The notes under the pieces are model-generated. The model saw only the letters and a program-made list of their open reading frames with translations, made no database searches and was not told the origin of the DNA. Of a DNA stretch of 64,000 nucleotides, positions 30,177-46,329 are shown piece by piece (within the stretch, counting starts at the first letter, position 1; each line of letters begins with the position of its first letter). The stretch is from assembly GCF_009914755.1 (NCBI RefSeq), contig NC_060928.1. One strand, written 5' to 3'. Position numbers and translations under genes: made by a program. Source of the stretch: the human T2T-CHM13v2.0 reference genome, Homo sapiens.

Positions 30177-30552
30177 TGTGTTAATTTGGACCCTGCAGAA
30201 TTGCAAGATGAGATTAGTGGGTGCAAGAGATTTATTAGGAAAACATCTGTGAGGGATAATGGGAAGGGAGCCGAAGAAGGCTGAGTCTTCGGATCCTGAT
30301 GCAGGTCTTACCCATGTGGAGCAAAGAGGATAGGAAGGATGATTGGACAGATAATGTCTGGAGGTGCAGTGCTAAGAAATTTTCAGCAAAGATAAAAAGG
30401 AGTCCCCAAGTCAGTGCCCCATCAGAAGAGTCCTGTGTCTCCCGGGAACTGACCTGTCTTAGTGTCCCTTGCACAAACACAGTGGATCTCAGAACTATAG
30501 GTCAATTACATTCTTTGCAGAGAACTGAGAGGCTCCTTTCATGGCCACCACA
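30177..30552 (-). mobile_element. Old ERVL-type solo LTR remnant (LTR16-like)
   Basis: TG...CA ends; GTGCAAGAGATTTATT (antisense poly-A signal) and GATGCAGGTCT motifs; family judged by resemblance only. Confidence 0.4.
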
Positions 30553-32024
30553 TCTTACATTGATTCCTTAGTGTGCCCCTCTAAATGTTCCACTAATACC
30601 AGCAAATGTTTGAATACAACTTAAAGAAAGGCTTTAATCTATCCTCAATAACTCTCATTTAAGAGTCACCAGCTACTCCAGATTTATATTGAATGAGTTA
30701 ATATATATAAAGCACTTACATTGGTACCTAGCACATAGTAAGTACTAAATTGTTACTAGTATGGTAGTATCAGAGTTTAACTGAACTTCTGAAAGAAGGA
30801 AGACTTGTGGGACTACGAATTGCAGTCTTCTTCCAGCTAGCATTTAATGAGGTAATAATGCTGGAATAGGGGTCTTTCCTATAAGGATCTGCAATGTGGA
30901 TCTACAAAACTTCTTCTACTGGGTACACTGAGAAACTAAGGCAAAGATGAGGAGAAAGTAAGCGGTCTCTTCAGAAGCAGTCTCTCATGAATTCTCATAG
31001 CACTTTGGAAGCTATTTCTTTGCCTTCAGCAGGCTCTGCCAAATAATAATTATTTATGTGTATGTCTTATCTCTTCAACTAAGCTACACTCATGTTCATT
31101 CATTCAACAAATATGTATTGAGTACTTCCATGTGCCAGACACTGTTCCAGATGGTGAGGAAACATCAATGGGCAAAAGTGCGTGCCTTCGTGGAGATTAC
31201 ACTCTAGTGAGGGGAGACAGACCATAAACATGACACGTAAGTAAATTACCTAGTCTGCTAGAGGGAGATAAGTACTTGGGGGGAAGTAGACTAAGATAAA
31301 GAAATGGGGTTTGAGATATTTAAAAAGTAGTCAGGGTGGTTCTCACAGAGAAGATGACACCTAGGCACAGTTCTGGGGAGCGAGCAGTGATAGTGACTTT
31401 CTCAAGGGCGCTCACCATAACTTCACCACCACAGACCAATCCTGTGCATTTGGTTAATATTTAATAAATGTTTACTGACTAAATGAGATTCAAAGACTTG
31501 GCTAAAACCACACTCTAGATTAAAGATCAGTCAAGAATGGATGTATCTTTAATACACCAAAACTGGGGTTTCTACTGAAGCACCAGTGTCCTATGCATAT
31601 CCCTAAAGAAACACTGAATAATCCGTGGAAGTCATTAAAGATGACTATTACCAGAACAATTCCTTTTCAAGAAACCAACTCTTACTAATCATCTTCCCAC
31701 TGTTTTAAATTCAGAGTTAGCATTTACTTTCCATGGTACCTTTAAATATATATGTCAATTGGCCTTGGCTTTCTGCCATAAAGTTTTATGTGCCATGATA
31801 AACATGGTATTTATCAGGGGGGATTTTGCCCTTTTATTTAATTATGGGTATAAAATGGCAAAGCCACCTCAAATATGTACATGTATTAGTTCTGTGATTA
31901 ATGCTTCATTACATCATACTTACAAACCATTCATCAATAACAAGTTAACTTACGTAAAGAAAGTTAACATAAGGAAACTTTTTTCCAACAAATTATTTCA
32001 CACAGGTATATGCTTATGAATCTA

Positions 32025-32505
32025 TTTAATTGCTCAGACTGTGCTAGAGAATACGTACCATGAAATACATATATTTCATAAGGTTCAGTTACAAAATGGA
32101 TTGTTTCAAATGGCAATTTCTTACACTAACCTGATTATGAAAAAAAGAAGTCTGTATCATCTGCTTCCAAGTCTGTTATGTCCAAATATATTTTAATTAT
32201 GCATTTATTTTGCTACTTTTATAAATATTAGAGATTTCACCTTAAATTATTTTTGTAACTAGTTCTAGAACATGTTTTCCAATTATTATTTTTCTAATGG
32301 AGACATATAATTGACCTATGTTTATGCATATATGTTCTCTACACAGTGAAACTTTTTTTAAAAAGAATAGTAAAGAAAATGCGGAAGCTCTGGCTCTCCA
32401 AGGCAAAGTCAAAAAAAAAAAAAAAAGCGGGGGGGAATGCGAGGAACATTTTATTACACCTCCTGATTTTCACTCCTTGAGTTTTATTTTCTCCCCTTGT
32501 TTATT
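32025..32505 (-). terminator. JCHAIN: JCHAIN polyadenylation signals
   Basis: Minus-strand AATAAA at 32500-32505, 32483-32488 and 32450-32455, followed by a U16 tract; distal ATTAAA at 32025-32030. Confidence 0.65.
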
Positions 32506-32796
32506 TGTTTAATGCTAGAAACTGTATTCCTAAGAGAGCATACCTCTTTCAGGTGAGCATGATAATTGGAAGATTTTGATACTTAGAGTATGAACATATA
32601 ATTAAGAAGTGATTACCTAATAAAGATAACAATGTGACTATTTTAATTATTTTGGTGGCAGGGAGTTGGTTTTACATCACCCAAAAAAAAAAAAAAGCCC
32701 TGGTTTCAAATTCATTGGTAATAAATATGCTAACTTTCTGAATCAAAATGGAGAGCCTCTCAAGAAAAAGAGCTATGCAGTCAGCAATGACTTAAA

Positions 32797-33007
32797 TTAG
32801 TCAGGATAGCAGGCATCTGGGGTTAAGGCTGTTTCCACCATTTTGGTCTCACCACCATATACGAGTGGGACCACAGCTGTGTAGCACTTGTTTCTGTCAT
32901 AAGTGTAGCAGGTCTCTGTAGCACTGTCTTCATCACAGATATTGCTCTGGGTAGCAGTAACTATCTGATTATCCAGCTCCACTTCTGTAGGATCACATTT
33001 TTTACAG
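32797..33007 (-). CDS. JCHAIN: JCHAIN exon 4 (CKKCDPTEVELDNQ...TPDACYPD*)
   Basis: Acceptor TTTTCAG|; ORF 32797..33018 matches the J chain C-terminus. Confidence 0.99.
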
Positions 33008-33678
33008 CTGAAAAGCAAATATATGTATTAGACAATCCCCTCAAATGCTGTCTCAAAATGTGACTACACATTTCAATCCAAAATCAATTAGTTCTTGCAG
33101 CTCTGACATGACAGCAAGGGATGACTCCTTTCAGACATAAGCAGCTCTACAATACAGAATAGCTTATGGGATTTTCCAATCTTTAATATATATTAGTTGA
33201 AAGTAAGCAATATAATTAATGATATGATAATATGATTGTTTTATCTACACCATACAGCAATTTCTACTGTGTTAGGCTTATTCCCAACTGTATATCTGTC
33301 TAAACAAGTTATTTATAGTGACAAGAAAGGGAGAATTTTTAAAAAAATTGATGTTGGAGTCTGTCATTTCCAAAGAAACACCTGCCTTTTTATAAGATCA
33401 AATCCACTTATTGAACTATTAAGAGAAATTGGCCTTTCTATGAATGCCAATGATTTTTTCTTTAGAAAAAATGTATAGCTAAATTTTATCTGTGACAAAG
33501 TTTTATGAATTTATGATACCTAATAATTAACATAGGAATTAATGTATTCAAAAGTTCAGATTATGTTTGTAAATGTTTATACTCCAACATATTTTTAAAA
33601 ACATTCTTACTAACAAGGTTAAAATTAAAAGCTATTAACTTCCACATCTATATTACTATGGAAAAAAATATATCTTAC

Positions 33679-33759
33679 AGGTCAGACAAATGGTACACAA
33701 ATCTGGTTCTCAATGGTGAGGTGGGATCAGAGATATTCTCCCTGTTGTTCAGAGGAACA
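33679..33759 (-). CDS. JCHAIN: JCHAIN exon 3 (VPLNNRENISDPTSPLRTRFVYHLSD)
   Basis: TTTTAG| acceptor and |GTAAGA donor; 81 nt; contains the NIS N-glycosylation site. Confidence 0.98.
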
Positions 33760-34469
33760 CTAAAAGAAAAGAAAGAAAACAAAGTTAAAACAATGAAATG
33801 CAGATATTGTTATTTTTGGTAATGAGTATACGGCCACTATTTCATCAGAACAGTACTTATTGTATTTAGTACTCTATAAGCACTCTAGAGTAATACCGTT
33901 ACTCAGATTTTTATAGTAACTTGCTATATTTTAAATATTTCTCATTCAAAATAAACCTCACAACAACTCCGCTGTCAACTATCTTTGCTGACTTGGCAAA
34001 TTTTTGCTTTTCCTTTAAAACTCAACTCACGTTTTACCTCTGTAATAATTATATTGATGTTATCCCCACCCTTCAACAAACTTCTTCCTCTGCAGTCTCA
34101 TTAATGCTCATATATATTTATTATATCAAATGCCGTATCATAGTTGCTTGTCTACAGAGTGGTTGCTTCCCTGGGCTATGTAAGTTCCTTGAGGCAAAAA
34201 CATTTATGTATTCCCAGTGCCTAGCTAGGTATGTGGCATATGGAATATGTTCAATATATGTGAAATGGACAGACAGATATTATTATCCAGATTTTAGAGG
34301 AGAGGAAATCATAAATAGGAGAGGTTAGTGATCCACCCAAGTTCACACAACAATTAAGTAGCAAAGCTGGAACTTTTTCATCGTGATGTCCCATGAAAAA
34401 TTAGATGATTGTCAACGAGTTCAGGTGATTTCATTAACTTTAACATTTTTTTCATCTAAGTCATCATTC

Positions 34470-35490
34470 CTTCTCATGTGCAGCCCTCCCTACCAAAAGG
34501 AACAACAAAAACCTTGTGTTTCCTAACTCAGTATTTATAAATACCATCCAAGCCAAAAACCTGGCTATCATACCTGAATCCTCCCCTGTCACATATCTAA
34601 TCAATCTCACAGTCCAGTTGATTCTAATTATTTTCATGTGTGAAATCCATCCACTTGCCTCTCTTCTCATTATTACTGCCTTAATTCAGGACACCACTAT
34701 CCTCTCCTAGATTGTAACAATGTCTTCCTTTTGTCTTGACCCCTTCAAACCACTGGCCACATTATTGCCAAACATCCTTTCTAAAAATGCAAGCTTAATT
34801 TCCTTCTCTGCTTAAAACCTCTAGTGTCTCTCCACAGATAACAGGGTATCCTCAAATAGCATAGAAGGCACGTATCCTAATATGCCCCTAACTCTCCAGC
34901 TTCATCTCTCACAATGTCACCATCTACAATGCATGCCAGCTGTAAACAATCACTTGCAATTCCACAAACGTACCATGCTTTTCTCATCTCCCATCTTAAC
35001 AATAACAGTTCTAACATATAATACTGGTTACAGTGTGCCTGGTACTATGCTAAGCATATTACGTGATGATCTCATATAATCGTCACAGCAATCCTGTTTC
35101 CTTTTCCTGGAATGACCTGCCCCACCTATTAATTCTCTCACTCCCCACACACATTTAGCCAGCAAACTCCTATTGAGCTAACAGCCATCATCCATCCCAC
35201 CACTTATTCCAAGCACCCTTTCCTGCCTCCCACTGCCACCCTTCTCCTCTCCCCCAGGATTGGACTGGGTGCCCCTCCTCAGTACTCCTATAACAACCCA
35301 TGCCCATTCCTATCATAGCACTTACAATACAGAATTGTAATTGCCGTTTTAATTGTTTACGGTTTCCTGTTAGACTATAAATTCTTTTAAGAAATGGACT
35401 ATATTTTAAATAAACTGTTTTATCCCCACCACCAACCCTTAATATTTGGCAGTTACTAAATAAACATTCGTTGAATGAATGAATGAAACT
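34470..35490. mobile_element. L2 (LINE2) remnants with MIR fragment
   Basis: L2-type motifs (CCAAGCCAAAAACCTGG, CTGCTTAAAACCTCTAGTG) ending in TGAATGAATGAATGAA. Confidence 0.55.
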
Positions 35491-35689
35491 ATTCTTAATA
35501 AGACTGTAAAGACTCTAGTAATATCAGAAAAAGGAGAGGCTACTATAAGCCAAACACTGTTCTTTTATGAATTATTGTATTTAATCCTCACAACCCTATA
35601 AAGTATATGTGTATAAATTCATACATGCATAATTATCCCTTTTTTTAAAGTTTAGGAAAAAGGCTAGTTAAGTAACTTGCCCAAAGTCA

Positions 35690-36360
<671 letters not shown>

Positions 36361-36825
36361 AATACCATAATGGCACAGCAATGGCAATATACTTTCAGAA
36401 ATCAGAACAGAAGATCAACACATCAGGCAAAGTGTCATGAAATATCTGAATTATCTGATTTCAGTAAACAATGTAATATAAAAAGAATCATTTCATAAAA
36501 TAAAAAGATGAATTAGAAGATCATGGAGGAGATTTTAAAAATCTCCTGGAGGTTTAAACGTAAGATAGACACTCTTCAACATGGCTTAAGTGCCAGTGTC
36601 ATGTATGCCATTCTTTCCAATTACCCACTACTCCAGCTATTCTATCCCTAACACGAAGCTATGTGGGCAGGATCTGAGTGGTCAAAGAAAACCTCCTAGA
36701 GGAAGTGATGGCTGAACTAAGACATGCACATTGAGAAGGAGTTAACTAGGCTAAGAGGGGTGGGACAGAGTTCTTCAAACAGAGGAACTAGCAGATGTAA
36801 AAGCACTGTGAATGTGGGGAAATAG

Positions 36826-37155
<330 letters not shown>

Positions 37156-37923
37156 TAGTGCTGAATTTTTAAACATGAAGTAAAAGAAAAGTGGCAATGG
37201 ATGATCTTGAGAGTTATGCTAAGCTTTGTAGATCAGGCCAAGGCATTTGTAATATATCCTAAGGTCAATGTTGGGGAAACCATCACAAGACTTTTAAGCA
37301 GGATGGTGACAATAATTGGCACATAGATTAGGTGAATAAATAATAGTAAATATTTTTTAATATGTCCCAGAAATATATAAGCTCTAAAAGGAATATTCTC
37401 TATTTATTTTTACAATAATCCTATGAGTTAAGCATGATTTTTTTCCTCATTTAAAGATGAAAAAGTTGAAGTTCAAAGTAGATTAGTAACTTGCATACAA
37501 AAACACACAACTATTAAGTGTCCCAGACAGAACTTAAAACAAAATTCTTAAACACATTATACTTTTTCCATTGATTGAATGGAATGGAATGCTCTGTTCT
37601 CTTTCTATAGGAGATTTGATTGGGGAAAAACTATTAAGGTAGGAGTGGTTTACAAGGAAAACTTATAACTGATTGGATCCAATAGAAATCTAATTTCTCA
37701 AATAGTATTAGCATTCTTGCTATTGAAAAAGAGCTGTATAGCATATAACTCTGGACTGTGTGTGAAATGAAATGAATATCTGAAATCCAATCTAAAAGTG
37801 AGATCAAATCAAATTAATGTGATCAGTCTGCCTTATCTCGATGCAGACATCTGGTTACAGTATAAAAGACTCAGTTATCTATATATGGTACAAAATAAGG
37901 CTTTAGTGTTATCTGAAGTTTCA

Positions 37924-38265
<342 letters not shown>

Positions 38266-38559
38266 TAAATGAATAGAAATAACTCCATATAAACAGTGCA
38301 TGTTGATGACTAGATTACAACCTTTGTTTATAATTTGATGTAGCCCACTGATTTTAGATTGGCTGTAATCTTTCATTCTTACCCCTAATTTCAATAAAAT
38401 TGCCTCAAGCTCATTCATAAGACTCAATTCTTTACTCATGTAAAGTGCTACACAGCAAAAAGGGGAGTAAAGAGGCAGGTGTTACATTCAAACAATGCTC
38501 AGTGTCAGAAAGTATCTCTGCTTAGAACAGGAAAAAAAGGAATATGGAATGCCACATAC

Positions 38560-38683
38560 ATAATTCGGATGTTTCTCTCCACAATGTCCTCATTAGGATC
38601 TTCGGAAGAACGGATGATCCTGGAAGTAATCCGGGCACACTTACATTTGTTGTCAACAAGAACAATCCTTTCATCTTCTTGGG
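38560..38683 (-). CDS. JCHAIN: JCHAIN exon 2 (QEDERIVLVDNKCKCARITSRIIRSSEDPNEDIVERNIRI)
   Basis: TTTCAAG| acceptor and |GTATGT donor; 124 nt; lies within ORF 38505..38720. Confidence 0.98.
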
Positions 38684-39147
38684 CTTGAAAGGTAAACGTA
38701 TTAAAAAGAAAGGAAAACAAAGGTCAATTTATATATTTTGTATTGAGTTATTTTATCTTTCTTGCCTGCAGAAAAATAGTTTTATGGTTGGTTTGTCTCA
38801 GCTTTCTCCATTTGTTCTCTAAGCAGAATCTTACATCACAGTAAAGGAAATCCAAAGGTACTCTAAAAGGGATTTTCACTTTTTTCTTGAACCAGTCTAT
38901 GGGAATCTGGGTTGAAAGAATTCTGATTTTCGCATCCTTCCTAAACTCTCATTTGTACTTAAATTTTTTTTGTATAAATTGTATTATAGTTAAGAACAGG
39001 CATGTTTTCATCCAAGATAACCTTATTTTGTAAGACTTTTAAATATTCTCTACCACAATTATCTGCCTTTTCATAATAACAATCAGATTATCATAGTACA
39101 TGATTCAATTTAAAAAAAGGCTATATTTCTTATAAGAATTATTTTAA

Positions 39148-39445
<298 letters not shown>

Positions 39446-39597
39446 GAATTATTTTAAAAGATAGAGTATATATAGATATAAAGTGCTGTAAATTTGCAAA
39501 AGCAATTTAGAAATATTATGAGGTACAATCTCAATTGAATATGCCTGTATACAGAAAAAAAAATGAATAAATGAATAAATACACATATGACCATTAA

Positions 39598-39959
<362 letters not shown>

Positions 39960-40026
39960 TTGATAAGTATTGCAAGGAATAAACAAAGGAAATTTTGTAT
40001 CATCTGGGTTTGGATCAATTAACAGA

Positions 40027-40327
<301 letters not shown>

Positions 40328-40414
40328 AAATTACCAGATTTTAAAAATTCAATAATAGCTTTACATAAGTAATGCTATTAAATAAGAGTGCTAATTAATA
40401 ATAACAATGATGTT

Positions 40415-40732
<318 letters not shown>

Positions 40733-41893
40733 TTAAATATGCTTTATTCATATAATTTTAGCTAAGTGACCTTTAACAATTCCTCTCATTAAGCCTCAAC
40801 TAAAAAAAAAACATTTAGTATACGAATTCAAGTTATAAAGTTTAAATGATCAGAATAGTTATAATTTTAACTGGAAGTCTATTCCTGAGACGATTCCCAG
40901 AGCAAAGAGGACCTAATGCAGTATTTCAGTCTTAATGATAAGAGCCACTACAAAAACATTTTAAGACCATTGTTATTGTACTTGTAATTGTTTGAAGTAC
41001 TTTATAATGCATTATTATACCATTATTCATAAGTTCCTAATGAATCTTCTGACACTGTGTAATATTGGAAAGAAACATTATGGAGTAAATTCAAGGTAAT
41101 GAAATAACTCATTAACATCTGAAAGAGGTAAAATGACTTAAATGATGTCCTCTTTCCTACTTGTGTATCCATGACTCTTAAAAGTTTTTTCTCAATGAAA
41201 TATAAATGAGCACATAATGCCTGACCAAAAATATAGATTGTTGAGGAGTGACTTGACTATTAAGTCTTAAATAGAAAATGTCTATATTCTATTACGGCAT
41301 ATGATTACTTCCTTACCAGAAACCTGGGAAGTTAATATAGAAAAATATTAGGCAGCCTAATATCTATCAGAAATACATAGCTGTCAGAAAAGTTACAAAT
41401 ACTTTCAATTCACCAAGACTTAGAGTCTAGCATTTGCTCTCACCAACAGGCAGTATTTTTCCTAACAAACCTGTTATTAGGGACTGTGCCTTACTTTATT
41501 CCAAGAGCATCTGACACATAGTAGGTGTTCAATAAATATTTGTTAAATTTAATTCACTTCAAACAAATAAGAAAATAGATTTAACAACATATGCTAGATA
41601 TGACCATAATGAGTTTACTAAAAAGTGATTGCCTTACACAAGGCAGAATAGGATAGTAGGAGTGCGGGCTATAGGGTCAGATTGCCTGGGTTCTGCTTAC
41701 ACTCTTGCTTGCTGTATGACTTTGGTAAGTTACTTCACCTCTGTAAGTCTCAACTGGCTCAACTGTATGTCAGAAGTAATAATAGTATTTATTCTCATAT
41801 GGTTACTGAGAGAATTAAATGGAATATTATATGTAAAGGAATTAGCATGATACCTAGAATATCATATTCAGTAAGTGATAGCTGTTTTATATA

Positions 41894-42080
41894 CAGATGG
41901 TCCCCAACTTACCATGGTTCTACTTATGATTTTTCTACTTTATGATGCTGTGAAAGTGATATGTATTCAGTATGCTCCTCAGCTACAATGGGGCTACCTC
42001 CCTATAAAGTCACTGTAAGCTGAAAGTATGATATTTTCAACTTTCAACTTTATAGGGTTTATAGGGAAGTAGCCCCATTA
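41894..42080. mobile_element. Tigger-family MITE remnant (MER47-like)
   Basis: TA + CAGATGGTCCCCAACTTACCATGGTT terminal repeat; internal ATGCTCCTCAGCTACAATGGGG. Confidence 0.6.
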
Positions 42081-42894
42081 TATATATCATATATTTTTAG
42101 ATATGTATATATACTTACATTGTACATGCTTTACTAATATTTTATATTTTAAATCATTAGAAAGTTATTCTTAATGCTAAATTAGTATAAAATATATATA
42201 TAAGGCCTATTCTTAATCACATTTCTGTCATTATTCATCTTGAAATAAGAACCACAGACTCAGTGATAGGAACAATCCAGACAAATTTTAGTGTGTCCTT
42301 CTAAATGAAAATTATTTAATACTGTACCTCTAAATTCAGAATGTATTCCATTTTCTGAAGTTGTTTGAAAGATCAGTAAACAAAATAACAAAAGTTCAGT
42401 CATCAATTTATAGGCAACCTGTATAACATTAAACATTGTTAAAGGGTCATAATAAATCTGTGGGATCAGATCCAGGAAAGCTGTTAAAACCAATACCAGC
42501 CTCTTTGGGGAAATAAAATCCCAATGCATTCCATGTTGTACTTACAGTAATTATTATTTCATTTCTCCAGAATATTAATTTAAGAGACTCAAGGGAAGGA
42601 TTATAGATTTTTAAGATTCAATATGGACATTCATATAAGCAGGACTATCTGTAGTTAGCTAATTTCTTATTCTCTAGTTTGTAGTAGGCAAACAAGTAAG
42701 TAAGATAAGAGAAAAAAGAATAAAAAGAGTCTTATCTATGTAAAGACAACTGCCATAGAAAGATGAAAGCATGTTAGGAAAAAGTAGCTGGCTAACTGGC
42801 CAACCAAAGCATAGGCATAAATGTTTAAAACTGAAAAACAGATCTGTCCTATATTTTTCCTTTGATCTGGGATCATTTTCTAAATATCACATAC

Positions 42895-42958
42895 CTTTCA
42901 CATGAACAGCCTTAATAAAAACCGCCAGGACTCCCCAGAAAAGCAAATGGTTCTTCAT
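42895..42958 (-). CDS. JCHAIN: JCHAIN exon 1 coding part, signal peptide MKNHLLFWGVLAVFIKAVHVK
   Basis: ATG at 42958-42956; donor AAAG|GTATGT; 64 nt. Confidence 0.98.
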
Positions 42959-43009
42959 CTTGACTTCACTTCTTCTGAAAAACTGGAGCAAAAAAAGTCA
43001 GGGTTAAGG

Positions 43010-43155
43010 TGTGTGATCTATAAGGAGTGTGCAAATGATGGTGCTTCTGCTTTCTTAAAATAACACTCCAGGCAGCTAACAAACTAAAAACAATCACAAC
43101 TGTGGTTGAAGTCTGAAGTTTAAATGCTGAACTGGAAAAATGTATGACTCACATT
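43010..43155 (-). promoter_or_regulatory. JCHAIN: JCHAIN proximal promoter
   Basis: Minus strand TTATTTTAAGAAAGCAGAAGCA (43042-43063) resembles the MEF2/PU.1 element of the mouse J chain promoter. Also octamer-like ATTTGCAC (43029-43036), TATA-like CTTATAG (43018-43024), RUNX TGTGGTT (43101-43107) and AP-1 TGACTCA (43145-43151). Confidence 0.75.
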
Positions 43156-43508
43156 TAAGTATTTTCTTGCAAAGCATCCAAATAAAAACCATAATTTGAT
43201 ACAATCATTTTTATTTTGCATTTACACTATATAAATGTTTAAACCAGAAGACTAATAATAATTTCAAGGAAGGATTCCATTAAGAATGTTGAAATAGGGA
43301 TTTTCCATTTTATTACCTAGATATATTCATATTAGTCTTCAAATCAGACATCTGACACTTGTCATGCCTAGAATAATAAATGAAGGTAAGTGAAGGAGGA
43401 GAGATGAAGGAAGGGGAGAGAAATGAAAGTCCTTTAAGGTCCCAAGTGTATCTTATGTTAATTTTTTATACTAGTCCTTAATTAACCAAGCTACCAGATT
43501 TAAATATA

Positions 43509-43756
43509 TATTTTGTATATATCTCACAAAATATGTATTTTGTATATATCTCACAAAATCTGTATTTTGTATATATCTCACAAAATCTGTATTTTGTATA
43601 TATCTCACAAAATCTGTATTTTGTATATATCTCACAAAATCTGTATTTTGTATATATCTCACAAAATCTGTATTTTGTATATATCTCACAAAATCTGTAT
43701 TTTGTATATATCTCACAAAATCTGTATTTTGTATATATCTTACAAAATATATTTTG
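43509..43756. repeat. 27-bp minisatellite (VNTR), ~9 copies
   Basis: Unit TATTTTGTATATATCTCACAAAATCTG repeated head to tail, with near-perfect internal copies. Confidence 0.97.
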
Positions 43757-43818
43757 ATTACTTTCAGTTATTTTATAAGCTCAAACATGGAATTGGAATT
43801 AGAAGCTGGTAGATACTT

Positions 43819-44120
43819 GGCTGGGCGCAGTGCCTCACACCTGTAAACCCTGCACTCTGGGAGGCCGAGGCAGGTGGATCACTTGGGGTCAGGAATTCAA
43901 GACCAGCCTGGCCAACATGGTGAAACCCCGTCTCTACTAAAAATACAAAAATGAGCTGGACATGGTGAGGGCCTGTAATCCCAGCTATGCGGGAGGCTGG
44001 GGCAGGAGAATCGCTTGAATCTTGGATGCAAGAGGCTGCAGTAAGCCGAGATGGCACCACTGCACTCTAGCCTGGGTGACAGAGGGAGACTCTATCTCGA
44101 AAAAAAAAAAAAAAAAAAAA
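43819..44120 (+). mobile_element. Alu
   Basis: Full sense Alu with A-tail. Confidence 0.95.
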
Positions 44121-45107
44121 GAAGCGGGTATATACCAGATAAATAAGTTGCCATATTTTAATTTGATAGCATTAAGACGGACCTTCTGTCTAGTTACACC
44201 TTTCAGAATTGCAAACCCATAAGATGATTTTTGAGATGCCTCAAAAGCAAACTGAATCACTGCAGTATTTTGTGTAAAATTTTTTTCACTTAATTAATGT
44301 CATTTTTTTTAACTGAGCTTTTGGACAGAGCACCCCCTGCACTCCCACTCCAACATGCTGGAATTTCCTGTCTCTTAGGCAAGGTTGGTTCCAAGAATAT
44401 GCTGGTTACACAACAGCATCAAATCCGTGTTACTTCTGGTTCTCAGCTCTAATTTTTGAAGGGACTCCTAGAATTTTAAGAGGTAATTAGGAGTACTTCA
44501 GAATCATAAGTAAGGCAAGCAGACTTCAAAGCTAGAAATACGAAATGACAGGATGAAAGAGACATTAAAGGCTAGCACATGATTGCACTTCTTCAGAGTA
44601 TGTATTGAAAGTCTGTAAGAACAAAGTGTCAGGCACTGTCATACGCAATATTACTATACTGTCCAAGTTTATTCCTATTTTAATTTCTACTATCAGTAGG
44701 ACTTAGCAACTACTTGAGTTTAGGGAAAATATACTGGCATCACATGGACAGTTTATTAAAAAAAGAAACAGACCTGAAAGCACATTATTTTAGTTTGTGG
44801 TCAGGAGGTCAAAACAACTATCAACCACTCTAAAAGATCCTCACCCCCAACTGAAGTTTCTAAATAACTGACTTATTCAATCACTCAAAAAAAAATAGTA
44901 ATTAATAGTCAGCTGGATACCTTTTTAATTCTTGAAAAATAAACTCAAGGCTAGACTGCCTTCCCAAAGCAAGTTGAGTAAATCCTTGGGAACAAATTAA
45001 AACTTCTCCAAAAGTTTCCTTTTTTATAACAGCAAAGATTATTTAACTCATAATTACTAACCTAAAGAAAAGCTCTATATTTGATATTTTCATTCTTCCA
45101 ATCTTGC

Positions 45108-45404
<297 letters not shown>

Positions 45405-46329
45405 CAATCTTGCATTTTTATATTTCGATTATGTAAACTATAAATCTAAAATAAATTGCGTTAATAAAAATAAAGTGTGACACATTTGTCATTAGAAGAG
45501 AATTACCTATGCTGGCAACATAGGATCTGGACTAGTGTTTTGCCTTGTGTGCTCTAGGGATCATCTGACTAGAACCACTTGTAGTACTGGTTAAAATATG
45601 GATTTCTTGGTAACACTCAGAATTTCTGGAGATGTGACCTTGGAATATGTATTTTCAAAAAGCATCCCAGTTGATTCTGATGTGCACTGAAGTTTGAAAA
45701 CTAATGGAAAAAAAGACTGGCCTAGGGCAGGAAGTAAGGGAGTGCAGAATAACTAGCAGCAATAACTATTTATGGAAGAACAAAAGATTAATAAAGGTAA
45801 TTTTTAAATAAATAGCCATACTGAAAAGTTAGCTGAAGTTTGTATTTGCTTATAATTCACTATAGGTAAGCTGTTGCATATTCTTTTTATCATTAACCTA
45901 CTATATACAAATACAAGTTCCAGTTTAATTTTTAAACCACTTCTTTGCCAGTTTTAGTTATGTTTTTGCCACTAAAAAAATGTCAAATGTGAATAGTAGA
46001 ACCCTTTACATGTGTGTTAAGTGATTGAGAACTTAGCCATGTGTTCTAAATTCTCAGCAAAAAAAGAGGCTTATTTTTCTATACTCACATTTAAGATTTG
46101 TGTAGTAAGAGATTCAGTGATAGACTCAGCTAGATGAAAGAGATCTTAAAGGTAATTTAGTCTCACCTTCATGACTCTCAATTTTTTTTCAATATTCTAT
46201 ATAACCGAATTCAGCATTTAGTTGAAAATCATCCGAAATAGTTGGATGCTCCACTCCCTGTGGACACAACTCATTATATTTTGGGATATTCAAATTGTGA
46301 CAAGATTTTATTCTCATGGGACACAGAGA

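Noticed and set aside
43509-43756. CRISPR-like array of palindromic 27-bp repeats, and three repetitive ORFs over it
   Set aside because: Repeats are contiguous with no unique spacers, there are no cas genes, and the context is human. The ORFs exist only because 27 is a multiple of 3 and the unit lacks stops in those frames.
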